Positions 1 through 11,037 of a stretch of DNA of 64,000 nt are shown here, one piece after another; positions within the stretch are counted from its first letter, which is position 1; each line of letters opens with the position of its first letter. Source of the DNA: Vampirovibrionales bacterium (lineage in GTDB: Bacteria > Cyanobacteriota > Vampirovibrionia > Vampirovibrionales > Vampirovibrionaceae); contig JARXAD010000002.1 in assembly GCA_029866025.1 (NCBI GenBank), forward strand, positions 49,688-113,687. The letters are read 5' to 3'. The notes beneath the pieces are model-generated. The model did no database searches, had not been told where the DNA came from, and worked only from the letters and a program-made list of their open reading frames with translations. The position numbers and the translations under genes were made by a program.

Positions 1-279
1 TTTATATCGTTCACCTTCTTTAGTGGATTCTAATAACCCCTTAAACTCCTCACTAGAAACCCATTTTCGTAATGCTGTTTCTATACCATCCCATAAGTAC
101 TCTGGGAAAAGCTGTGTAGTTATTTTTATAGAGGTTTCAATATTATCATCTCTAAAATAATCGCAAGCCGTTTTAGCAGTAAGATCAAACCCCCTTTTTA
201 CAGCCCAAGTCTTTATCTGCCCTCCTAAAAAGATTACGCTACTTGTAATGTCGACCATATCTGTCCCTGTATCGTTCAT
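1..279 (-). CDS. Hypothetical protein, 3'-truncated by the window start (N-terminus MNDTGTDMVDITSS...). It lies in the low-GC island downstream of the OLD-family gene.
   Basis: Reverse-complement of 1..279 is an open frame from ATG (279..277) to position 1 (93 codons, no stop). It was not in the ORF track because it is incomplete. GC is about 35%, like the neighbouring OLD gene. No recognisable motif (not UvrD-like). Confidence 0.4.
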   Translation of the reverse strand, partial: MNDTGTDMVDITSSVIFLGGQIKTWAVKRGFDLTAKTACDYFRDDNIETSIKITTQLFPEYLWDGIETALRKWVSSEEFKGLLESTKEGERYK

Positions 280-671
280 ATACTTAAATGGAAATCCTGA
301 AGAGTCTTGGTCGATAGAGGGTACTTATTGACTATAGGAATAATGCATAATCTATGAATAGTCTGAAAGTAGCATCAAATTTTTGAATAAAACGAGGGAT
401 CTGAGACGGAAGGGTTCGTCTCATTCTAGAGCTATTCAAGCACAGTTATACAGATGAATCATACCATAACCCTCTTGGGGGCTACTTTAAAGGGCACGAA
501 ATTGGTTGCACTAGGTTGTAAAACCATAGAGGGCAATTATGCGAAGGTCACCGATATGGCCTTTTAACAATGATCCTAATCGGTATTAATTCTTAGTGAA
601 CGCATAGGTGCACAGAAATGCCTTTAGATGGTTTATCGCTAGCTAGCAGAAGGATTCTCCTATTGAGAGCG

Positions 672-2408
672 TTAAGTATATGTGTTCGCTGTTTTAATGA
701 ATTCAACTAATTTTAGAATCTCAGCTTTAAATCTATATTTAAAGCTATCTAAAGATGGATTTTGACCAACAACGTGCATAGCAATTTTGACCTTGTCCGC
801 TGATATCTCTTTGTCAGAACGGCTAATAAGGCTAAGAGGATTCTCATAGCGTGTTATTTCTGGCAACCTTGCTGTGGGATGAACTGCTTGTATAGCACTA
901 ATTAGTGTCGCGTCAGGTAAATAATTCTCAATTTCTTTGCCCGCTGTAACCCAACAATGGCCATTGCTACTTTCTGTAAACTCATTACGAACCCGTTCCT
1001 TTGTTTGATTTATTTTCCCACCTGCTCTTTTCTTATCGCTATCAATGATGATTACCATATTTTGATTAATTTTTTTAAGCTGGATAAACTCGTCAATTTC
1101 GTGGTCACTTGCACTTAAATGACTAAGAAGTCGTCCCCCGTAAAACATAATCGAGTAATGTAGCCCTTCTTGAAAGTCAGGTGCTATTTGAGATATTGAA
1201 TAGTTTATATAAGCTCGATCTGAGGGCCCTTCGACCCAAATAATGGCATTTGATTGAAATAGGTCAGATGCAGAGACTCCAAGCTCTTTACATATCATAA
1301 GACGCCCCAAGTCATTCGGAGCATAAGAAACCTTTGTACTTTTCCCATGAAGATAAACATGAAATATAGAGACGTTTTTTTGACTAATGATATGTGACGA
1401 GTGCGTCGTTATAAAATATTGGTTTTTAGTTTTTTCATTTAAGTACGTAATAAATTTTTTTTGAAGTTCAGGGTGAAGATGGAGCTCAGGTTCTTCAATA
1501 CAAATAATTGAATCGCTTTTAACAGTGCAGGCTGCTGCCAAAATTAAGACTTGCGAAATACCTGTTCCTAAATCTGTAAGATTCATTTTTTTCTCATGCA
1601 AAGTAACGTTAATTTTGTCTCTTGTGTGTGGAATTTCAATTTTTGCTGAAGGATCCCCGGTTAAAGCTCTTAAAAAACCTAAGATGTTATCAAATCTTTG
1701 AGAAAATTCTGTTTCATGAGTATCTGGATTCTGTAATTTAGCTAGCTCGTAAATTAAACCTTTTCCGCTTAGCTCCTTTAAAAAATTTACAGGCTCGGAA
1801 TCAATCTCCCTATGTGTAGGAATAAACATTGCTTGAGGAAAGGCCTCGTTTACCTTCTGTAAGTAGGTTCTTAGTATGGACTGCACCTGAAGAGGAGGGC
1901 TAGAGTTATCTTGGCCACTAATATTATGCGCTAATGCACGTATATCTTGATTAAGTAACTCATGAACTCTAGCCCATGTTGTTTCCCCAGAACGACCATT
2001 TTTAGAGAAATCAATCCAAAAAAAGTCTTTTTCTTCAGAAATTTCAGCCATGGAATTTAAAAACGCACTATTTGTATCAGTAATACCTATTACTGGCTGA
2101 AATTTCCCCCTTAATAAATTGTTTAAATAACCGTTAAATAGAACCCCTAATGAAAAGGTTACTTGGCTGCTTGAGTCGTAAATGTGCTGCTCCACTCCCC
2201 TTCCCATTTCATTGCTATCGCATAAAAAACTTAGATCGTTTTTTAATTGTGCGTATATATATTTGAGTATATTTGACTTTCCTGAATTGTTTTTTCCTGC
2301 AAATATGTTTATTTTTGAAAAAGGTCCGATCCTTTGTAGTTCTCCAAAGCTGCGGTAATTCCATATACCTAAGCCCTCTATAAAGAGTGGAACACTATTT
2401 TCAGTCAT
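672..2408 (-). CDS. OLD-family ATP-dependent endonuclease: N-terminal ABC-type ATPase plus C-terminal Toprim domain (GajA/OLD class-like).
   Basis: 578-aa ORF. Walker A is GKNNSGKSNIL near the N-terminus. The C-terminal Toprim signatures are IIWVEGPSDRAY (conserved E) and IIIDSDKKRAGG (DxD). GC is about 33% versus about 52% for flanking genes. Confidence 0.7.
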   Translation of the reverse strand: MTENSVPLFIEGLGIWNYRSFGELQRIGPFSKINIFAGKNNSGKSNILKYIYAQLKNDLSFLCDSNEMGRGVEQHIYDSSSQVTFSLGVLFNGYLNNLLRGKFQPVIGITDTNSAFLNSMAEISEEKDFFWIDFSKNGRSGETTWARVHELLNQDIRALAHNISGQDNSSPPLQVQSILRTYLQKVNEAFPQAMFIPTHREIDSEPVNFLKELSGKGLIYELAKLQNPDTHETEFSQRFDNILGFLRALTGDPSAKIEIPHTRDKINVTLHEKKMNLTDLGTGISQVLILAAACTVKSDSIICIEEPELHLHPELQKKFITYLNEKTKNQYFITTHSSHIISQKNVSIFHVYLHGKSTKVSYAPNDLGRLMICKELGVSASDLFQSNAIIWVEGPSDRAYINYSISQIAPDFQEGLHYSIMFYGGRLLSHLSASDHEIDEFIQLKKINQNMVIIIDSDKKRAGGKINQTKERVRNEFTESSNGHCWVTAGKEIENYLPDATLISAIQAVHPTARLPEITRYENPLSLISRSDKEISADKVKIAMHVVGQNPSLDSFKYRFKAEILKLVEFIKTANTYT

Positions 2409-2535
2409 TTAAACAGACCTTAGTATCCTTACAATTCCCTGCAACCCAAAACATGTTCGACACATGACACATTACTATAAGTGCAGTAGGAAGATCTATG
2501 ATTCACCTGTATCATAGGACAGGATCTAGGGGGTG

Positions 2536-2607
2536 TGGGCCCAGATGGATTCGAACCATCAACCAAGGGATTATGAGTCCCCTGCTCCACCATTGAGCTA
2601 TAGGCCC
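2536..2607 (-). tRNA. tRNA-Met/Ile2 (anticodon CAT), elongator-type. It has a G1-C72 pair and no encoded CCA.
   Basis: Reverse-complement folds as GGGCCTA / GCTC..GAGC / GGGGA-CTCATAA-TCCCT / GATGG-TTCGAAT-CCATC / TGGGCCC-A. The T-loop GTTCGAATC is canonical. Confidence 0.85.
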
Positions 2608-2831
2608 GTGAATTGCCACTTAGTTTAACACGTACAAAGTACAACCATTCACATCATTTGTATAAATAATCTTACTGAAAGCTTATGAGTCCCCTGCTCC
2701 ACCATTGAGCTATAGGCCCGTGAACCTTGGTTCAGTTTAACACGTCCAAAACACATCGGTTCACATCGTTTGTATAAATAATTTTACAGTGAGTTTATGA
2801 GTCCCCTGCTCCACCGTTGAGCTATAGGCCC
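2608..2831 (-). repeat. Two tandem 112-bp units, each a copy of the first 37 nt of tRNA-Met (5' half up to the anticodon loop) plus a conserved ~75-bp spacer.
   Basis: ttatgagtcccctgctccaccattgagctataggccc occurs at 2571..2607 (inside the tRNA), 2683..2719 and 2795..2831 (one SNP). The 75-bp spacers 2608..2682 and 2720..2794 are about 80% identical. Confidence 0.8.
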
Positions 2832-3018
2832 TAATACATACGCTTTTAGAAATACTCTTGCAAGAAGAATAAATCAATTATAACAAAAACATTCACCGCT
2901 GCTATAAAGCGGCAGCGGCCGTACAAAGCGTTCTAGGGCGGGGTTTTTTGTGATAAGGTACTCCTTAGTCGTTTTGACGGATCTCGGTGAATACTCTAGT
3001 TTCTGAAAGTTGTTTTGA

Positions 3019-5511
<2,493 letters not shown>

Positions 5512-5561
5512 TCGCTAAAACAAAACTTTGTAACATTTTTGCAATAAATTGTTCTAATGGC

Positions 5562-5601
5562 CCCCTATAATTTGTTTATACAAGTAAATGAATTATAGGG
5601 G
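5562..5601 (+). promoter_or_regulatory. Perfect 11-bp stem-loop (CCCCTATAATT ... AATTATAGGGG, 18-nt loop) whose 3' arm contains the GGGG Shine-Dalgarno of the downstream ORF.
   Basis: The inverted repeat is read directly. GGGG lies 5 nt upstream of ATG 5607. No U-run follows, so it is not a canonical terminator for gyrB. Confidence 0.45.
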
Positions 5602-5606
5602 TGCTT

Positions 5607-6464
5607 ATGCCAATACGTCCAAAAATTATTATTGCAGATTGCTTTCAAATTAAAACAAAGGACTTAGACGGAGACGGTAAGTTCGATGTAAGCCATGGCG
5701 GCATGGTAAAAATTGCCTTTATGAAACAGCTTAAAGAAAATGGTATTGAGCCAGACCAAGTTGATATTGTTGAAATTGAAATGGACACTGATGGGGATGG
5801 CTACGCCACCTTAGAAGAGTCTGTTGCTCAACATCAAAAAATACTGGACCAGGTTAAAAAAGGAGGTGTATTTTGCGTTTCTTCCTCTATGGGCTTTGTT
5901 ACCAATAAGAAAAAGATGAAGGCCATTTCTGATTCTAAAGAAGCTCGCTATTTAATGCAGGAAGAGAATTGCTATATCGGCGAAATAGCAAGATTGTGCC
6001 CGTATTTTCAGGCTCTAGATAACGACAATCGGAAAACATGGGAAAAGCAGGTAAAAGACGTGTATACCGTTGGAAACCCAATTACAGGGGAAAAAAATCC
6101 CCGTTTACTAATGGATAACTCCTTAACCTTAACCACCACTATTGATGGTTTGGACTTTGACTACAATGGAACCACGGATGTTGTTATACCAGGGTTTTCC
6201 CCCAAAAAAACTGGAGAAAAAAACGAGCTGACTGGAAATTCTTTTGCCACACCGTTTGCTGCAGGAGATGCCGTGGCTCGCTATATACAATCTGATGGCA
6301 AAGCCAGTCCTTGGATTTGCGCAGACCCGATGGCTTCAGATTATTCTCCATGGAATATGCCCAACCGCCCGTCTTATCAGGCACAAAAGAATGCCAAGGA
6401 CACTGGAGTCCCCTTAAAAAAAGAGAAAAAGGCAGAAGAAAAGCAACGAAGAACCAGCGGATAG
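5607..6464 (+). CDS. Divergent subtilisin-like (S8) serine peptidase-like protein without signal peptide, AT-rich.
   Basis: Asp-like IIIADCF, His-like VSHGGMVKIA and Ser motif GNSFATPFAAGDAVARYI (compare subtilisin GTSMATPHVAGAAAL), in D-H-S order. The ORF track starts at GTG 5601; ATG 5607 has the better RBS. GC is about 42%. Confidence 0.4.
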   Translation: MPIRPKIIIADCFQIKTKDLDGDGKFDVSHGGMVKIAFMKQLKENGIEPDQVDIVEIEMDTDGDGYATLEESVAQHQKILDQVKKGGVFCVSSSMGFVTNKKKMKAISDSKEARYLMQEENCYIGEIARLCPYFQALDNDNRKTWEKQVKDVYTVGNPITGEKNPRLLMDNSLTLTTTIDGLDFDYNGTTDVVIPGFSPKKTGEKNELTGNSFATPFAAGDAVARYIQSDGKASPWICADPMASDYSPWNMPNRPSYQAQKNAKDTGVPLKKEKKAEEKQRRTSG

Positions 6465-6483
6465 CCTGCTTTAGAGAAAATGG

Positions 6484-8334
6484 TTACATGCTTTCTGGAG
6501 CGCTGACGCCCAGTAGCTGGAGCGCTTGAGCCAAAGTTTTTTGTACCGCCATCACCAAGGCCAAGCGGGCTTGGGTAGTTTCAGGGTCATCCGTTAACAT
6601 GCGACACACATTGTACACACTGTGAAAATTCGCCGCCAGCTCTTGGGCATACCGGGCAATCAAGTGCGCAGAACGTTGCTGTGCTGCCGAAGTCACCACC
6701 GCCTCAAAACGGTCCAACTCCAAAATAAGTTCAACAATCGCCGGTAATGCTGTTTCATCGGCGCTAAATAGCGATGCCAACAACGCCGGTGTGGGATGAC
6801 TGGACAATTGAGCCAACGCTTCTTCTGTAATAAAGGCAGGCGTGGGAGTTTCGGTGGTTTGTGTGGGAGAAACCGCGTTACGCAAAATACTGGCACACCG
6901 CGCGTGAGCATACTGCACATAAAACACAGGGTTTTCATGAGTCGCACTGGCAGCTAAGGCCACATCAAAGTCCAAGGTAGTGTCGGCGCTTTTACTAATC
7001 ATCCAAAAACGCGTAGCGTCGACACCCACTGTATCCACTACATCACTTAAGGTTAGCATCTTTCTGCGCTTACCCATGCGCTCTCGCTCGCCATCCACAA
7101 TCAGGTTCACCAGCTGGCCCAGCACAATTTCAAAGGCAGAATCTTTTTCATCACGCAAGTGGCCCAAAGCAATCATAGCTGCCCGCATGCGGGGAATATA
7201 CCCATGATGATCCGCGCCCCAAATATTAATGATGCGGTTGTATTGGGGCTGTCCGTTGTCATCTTCGCGGGTGTATTTTTGATGATGATAGGCAATATCA
7301 GCCGCCAAATAGGTAAAACTACCGTCCGACTTGACCAATACCCGATCTTTATCATCCCCAAGCTCGCTAGACTTTAGCCACAAAGCCCCATCGGCCTCAT
7401 AAGCAAACTGGGTTCCCTTCAAATGCGCCAACATATGAGACACCAAGCCACGGTCATGAAGCAGTTCTTTTTCAGAAAACCAGGCCTCAAAATTGACGTC
7501 CAGTTGTTTTAATAACTGCTGTTGGCTGGCTAACATCATTGCCTTGACATAAGGAATGAGAACGGATTCTATCCAAGCCCAATCAGCCGCGGGTAGATTT
7601 AAATGGTCAAAGTGCAAGGGTTTGTCTTCAGCCATTAAGTGGTGCCACACATCCAGTAGCGCCGCCTCGTCATCGGATGAAAGCTGGCCAACAAAGGCAT
7701 TAGCAGCCTCTATTACATACTCGCCAGGATACGGGTACTCCATAGCCAAAGGCGTTTCAGGTAATTTCCCAGCAGCAATCAAAGTCTCGCGGGTACGAAA
7801 CAAGACGGAAACACCGATTTTTCGCATCTGTTCGCCAGCATCGTTAATGTAAAACTCTGGCGTAACAGTGGCACCGCAATGGCGTAAAATCCGTACTAAC
7901 GAATCACCCAAGGCCGCCCAGCGCCCATGCCCCACGTGCAACGGCCCCGTAGGGTTGGCAGAAACGTACTCCAGCAAAATAGAGTTGTCTTGCAGCGTGC
8001 TATTTTTACCCGGGGCTGCCTCCATCAAGCGGTGGCACAGGGCACTGGCCAACAATCCATCGGAAAAACGAACATTCACAAATCCCTGAACCGTATTCAA
8101 TGTAATATCCGGATGGGACTTCAAAGCATCGGCTACTGTATTGGCAATCACAGGGGGGGCTTGTTTCAGGTCGCGCGACCAAGGTGACACATTAACAGCA
8201 TAATGGCCAAACTGACGATCTCGGGGACGTTCAATAGCGACGGAAGTCATTGCTTCCAATGGTAGCCCACAAAAGAAATTAGACTGCTGTTGTGTGGCCG
8301 CTATTAAGGCGTCCTTAACCATTTGCTGCAACAT
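6484..8334 (-). CDS. argS: Arginine--tRNA ligase.
   Basis: Class I HIGH motif NPTGPLHVGHGR, a DALK-like anticodon-binding C-terminus, and length 616 aa. Confidence 0.9.
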   Translation of the reverse strand: MLQQMVKDALIAATQQQSNFFCGLPLEAMTSVAIERPRDRQFGHYAVNVSPWSRDLKQAPPVIANTVADALKSHPDITLNTVQGFVNVRFSDGLLASALCHRLMEAAPGKNSTLQDNSILLEYVSANPTGPLHVGHGRWAALGDSLVRILRHCGATVTPEFYINDAGEQMRKIGVSVLFRTRETLIAAGKLPETPLAMEYPYPGEYVIEAANAFVGQLSSDDEAALLDVWHHLMAEDKPLHFDHLNLPAADWAWIESVLIPYVKAMMLASQQQLLKQLDVNFEAWFSEKELLHDRGLVSHMLAHLKGTQFAYEADGALWLKSSELGDDKDRVLVKSDGSFTYLAADIAYHHQKYTREDDNGQPQYNRIINIWGADHHGYIPRMRAAMIALGHLRDEKDSAFEIVLGQLVNLIVDGERERMGKRRKMLTLSDVVDTVGVDATRFWMISKSADTTLDFDVALAASATHENPVFYVQYAHARCASILRNAVSPTQTTETPTPAFITEEALAQLSSHPTPALLASLFSADETALPAIVELILELDRFEAVVTSAAQQRSAHLIARYAQELAANFHSVYNVCRMLTDDPETTQARLALVMAVQKTLAQALQLLGVSAPESM

Positions 8335-8418
8335 ACGCTAGATGCCTTTATGAGAAACGCATCTAAGCCTACCACAGCCACCGACATCATATCATCCGAC
8401 AACAGGAGCGTGGCGAGG

Positions 8419-8862
8419 CTATACGGGAGAGAGCTCGCGAACGGAACGTAGGCGGTTTAAATTACGGGTGCGTTCAAACATAGGCTGGCGACCCGCGTCC
8501 GAATAATCTCCGTCAGCTACATCGTCCGTGGTGGGGCGTAGCTTTTCCAAGCAGGCGTACAAGGCTGCTACATCATCACAAAAATACTGATGAATCACCT
8601 TCTGCAAGGCCAAGGCACCTGCATCGCCACGTTGCATCACCGCTTGGTATAAAAACCGCTTACCGTCTTTATGGCGAACAGCCAAGCCTTTGTCTACCAA
8701 TCTATCCAGTACCGTTTTAACGGTGGTATAGGCCCATTTTTTAGCTTGAGAATTAATACGGGTTTGAATATCGGCGACAAAAATAGTCTCCAAACCATCT
8801 TGTTCCAAATCCCACAAGGCATTCAAAATAATATTTTCCAGATCGCCTTGCCGTAAGTCCAT
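8419..8862 (-). CDS. BlaI/MecI/CopY-family winged-helix transcriptional repressor.
   Basis: The N-terminal segment LENIILNALWDLEQDG...TVKTVLDRLVDKGL matches the penicillinase-repressor family pattern. No adjacent BlaR1-like sensor. Confidence 0.55.
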   Translation of the reverse strand: MDLRQGDLENIILNALWDLEQDGLETIFVADIQTRINSQAKKWAYTTVKTVLDRLVDKGLAVRHKDGKRFLYQAVMQRGDAGALALQKVIHQYFCDDVAALYACLEKLRPTTDDVADGDYSDAGRQPMFERTRNLNRLRSVRELSPV

Positions 8863-9248
8863 TCGTGTGTTCCCTATACCTTAACGCACTATGATTTAAA
8901 CCCAACAAGAAAAGAACTATTACCTCACTGCACCGGCTTAGGATAATGCCTGCATCATACTAAGAGAGGGTATTGTGAGACTTCCTGTTCCTTCCCGTTG
9001 CTAAAAACAATACCCAACAGTCCTTTTAAAAAAGGCTCACTGTCTTTGCCTCCCCGCTGGTTGCACAACCCTGCAAAACGGCCAAAAGCCTAAGCGCTAG
9101 AGGAGAGCATTGAGTATAGGAAACATTGATGGGGAAGATCAAGTCAGCGTAACGATTCGTGGAGTAACATTTTCTAACGCACACCGGAGTGTTTTACTTG
9201 ACGTAAGGGCCTAGTGTTGGTTTTAAGTTTGAAAACCATACTAAAACC

Positions 9249-9935
9249 CTAGCACACCAAGGCTTGAGGTACCTTCATTTCTGGTACCGTGGTGGGAACC
9301 ACTAAGTGGGCCTCGGTTTTAGCCAAAATTTCTTCCACGCTCACACCAGGGGCTCTTTCCAGTAAGCGATACCCAGGTACACTGCCATCGGTAATGCGCT
9401 CCAATAGTGCTAAATCCGTAACAACCTTGGTGACACAGCCTACGCCAGTAAGGGGTAAGGTGCATTGCTTTAAAATCTTCGATTGGCCGGCTTTATTGGC
9501 ATGTTGCATGGCCACAATAATACGTTGGGCGCTGGCCACCAAGTCCATGGCGCCCCCCATCCCCTTTACCAACTTTCCCGGCACCATCCAACTGGCAATA
9601 TTGCCCGCCTCATCCACTTCAAAGGCACCTAGCACCGTTAAATCCACGTGGCCGCCGCGTATCATGGCAAAACTATCAGACGAAGAAAAAAAGGCGGCCC
9701 CCGCCACGGTAGTAACGGTTTGCTTGCCAGCATTAATGAGATCCGGGTCCACGTCGGCATCGCTGGGAAATTCCCCCATGCCCCAAATGCCATTTTCACT
9801 TTGCAACATCACTTGCATGCCTGTGGGCACGTGATTGGCCACCAAGGTGGGAATGCCAATCCCCAAGTTGACGCTCATGCCGTCGGTGAGTTCTTGGGCA
9901 ATGCGGTGGGCTATTTGGTCGCGGGTGAGGGTCAT
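9249..9935 (-). CDS. scoB: 3-oxoacid CoA-transferase subunit B.
   Basis: [11 protein letters not shown], catalytic-Glu region and GGAMDLV motifs. 228 aa, typical of ScoB/AtoA. Confidence 0.85.
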   Translation of the reverse strand: MTLTRDQIAHRIAQELTDGMSVNLGIGIPTLVANHVPTGMQVMLQSENGIWGMGEFPSDADVDPDLINAGKQTVTTVAGAAFFSSSDSFAMIRGGHVDLTVLGAFEVDEAGNIASWMVPGKLVKGMGGAMDLVASAQRIIVAMQHANKAGQSKILKQCTLPLTGVGCVTKVVTDLALLERITDGSVPGYRLLERAPGVSVEEILAKTEAHLVVPTTVPEMKVPQALVC

Positions 9936-10065
9936 GGGCGTGGATTCCTACCAAGGCATCAAGGGGTCGTTGCCACGTATGTTACATCAACGTAACAATG
10001 AAGATCAAAAATGAGAGCTGCTAGCAACAAAATTAATTCACACAACTTGATACAGTTGATAAAAG

Positions 10066-11037
10066 ATGTGTTTCCCTACATTTAGGATCCGTATTATGCG
10101 TATTTCTCATATGGCTACAGCTTTTTCGCCCAACTTTGGACAGCGACCAAAAACGGCCTCAAATATAGTCAATTCTACAGATCAACTATCCATTCGTTTT
10201 GGCTCTATACCTTTATCCACCTATATTAATCAGGTGCATGTTTCCATTGTAGAGGGTGATATTTCGCAGCAAAAAGTAGACGCTTGTGTGGTTCCTCAGC
10301 TACTCACCGGATTAAGGGGGGGGGGAGTCTCAGACGCGCTTTACTCTTCGGGAGCAAGAAATGGGGTAAAAGCGTATCAAAATAAAATTGAGACAGGCCA
10401 TACGATGCAATTGGGTGAAGCACTTTGTTGTGAGTCAGGTGGAGGTAATTCAAAGTACTTGATTCATATTGCCACAGGGAAAGATTATTCGGGCTCTGTC
10501 GAAGATGCTGCTTTAGCGAAGCTAAAAGCCCCTACTATTTATAAAAATCCTAATCAAACAGTGGAAAAATATGCTGATATTGCGTTTATTGCCGTTAAGG
10601 AAGGCGTGAAAAACGCACTTGTTCAGGCAGAACGTAAGGGTTTAAGCTCTGTGGCCATTCCCCATATGGCTATCTTCAATTCATTGTTAGAAGTTCAGGC
10701 AGCCGAAGCCACGTTAGGAGGCATTGAAGAATACTCCAAAACAAGTAAAAACCCAGTAACAGTGAAAATTATTGCCTATCAAGATAAAGATAACGCTACC
10801 AAAAATGCTTACCGTGATGTAATACAGACTAAATCGTATGAGAATCCCTTTTGCCCCGTGGGCCTTACCGTTGGAAATTCCTTTGCGACAATGGAGCATA
10901 GGGTTAGAGGCGATAAATTTTTACCACCCATCGCTAAAGCCTTTAAAAAATATTATGCTACAAACGAGGGCTCTACCGATCGCAAATTAAAGGAGCTTAC
11001 CTATCAAACCTTATCTCTGGAAAAGAAAATTGGCTAA
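10066..11037 (+). CDS. Macro (ADP-ribose-binding / deacetylase) domain protein with an extra C-terminal region.
   Basis: VDACVVPQ and GGGVSDALY..G reflect macrodomain-like glycine-rich loops. GC is about 42%. A G10 homopolymer sits inside the coding region. The C-terminus contains GNSFAT, shared with two other ORFs. Confidence 0.5.
   Translation: MCFPTFRIRIMRISHMATAFSPNFGQRPKTASNIVNSTDQLSIRFGSIPLSTYINQVHVSIVEGDISQQKVDACVVPQLLTGLRGGGVSDALYSSGARNGVKAYQNKIETGHTMQLGEALCCESGGGNSKYLIHIATGKDYSGSVEDAALAKLKAPTIYKNPNQTVEKYADIAFIAVKEGVKNALVQAERKGLSSVAIPHMAIFNSLLEVQAAEATLGGIEEYSKTSKNPVTVKIIAYQDKDNATKNAYRDVIQTKSYENPFCPVGLTVGNSFATMEHRVRGDKFLPPIAKAFKKYYATNEGSTDRKLKELTYQTLSLEKKIG

Noticed and set aside
280-2408. 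Retron (Eco8-type RT + OLD nuclease) interpretation of the island
   Set aside because: No reverse-transcriptase-like ORF lies upstream of the OLD gene (only 128 bp to the tRNA). The downstream partial ORF shows no RT motifs, and msr/msd-like inverted repeats were not evident.
2860-2960. Hairpin CCGCTGC-N9-GCAGCGG and GGGCGGGG-T6 upstream of gyrB as a terminator
   Set aside because: The T-run is not directly adjacent to a stable stem, and no plus-strand gene ends here. It is more likely part of the gyrB promoter or leader, so it is left unannotated.
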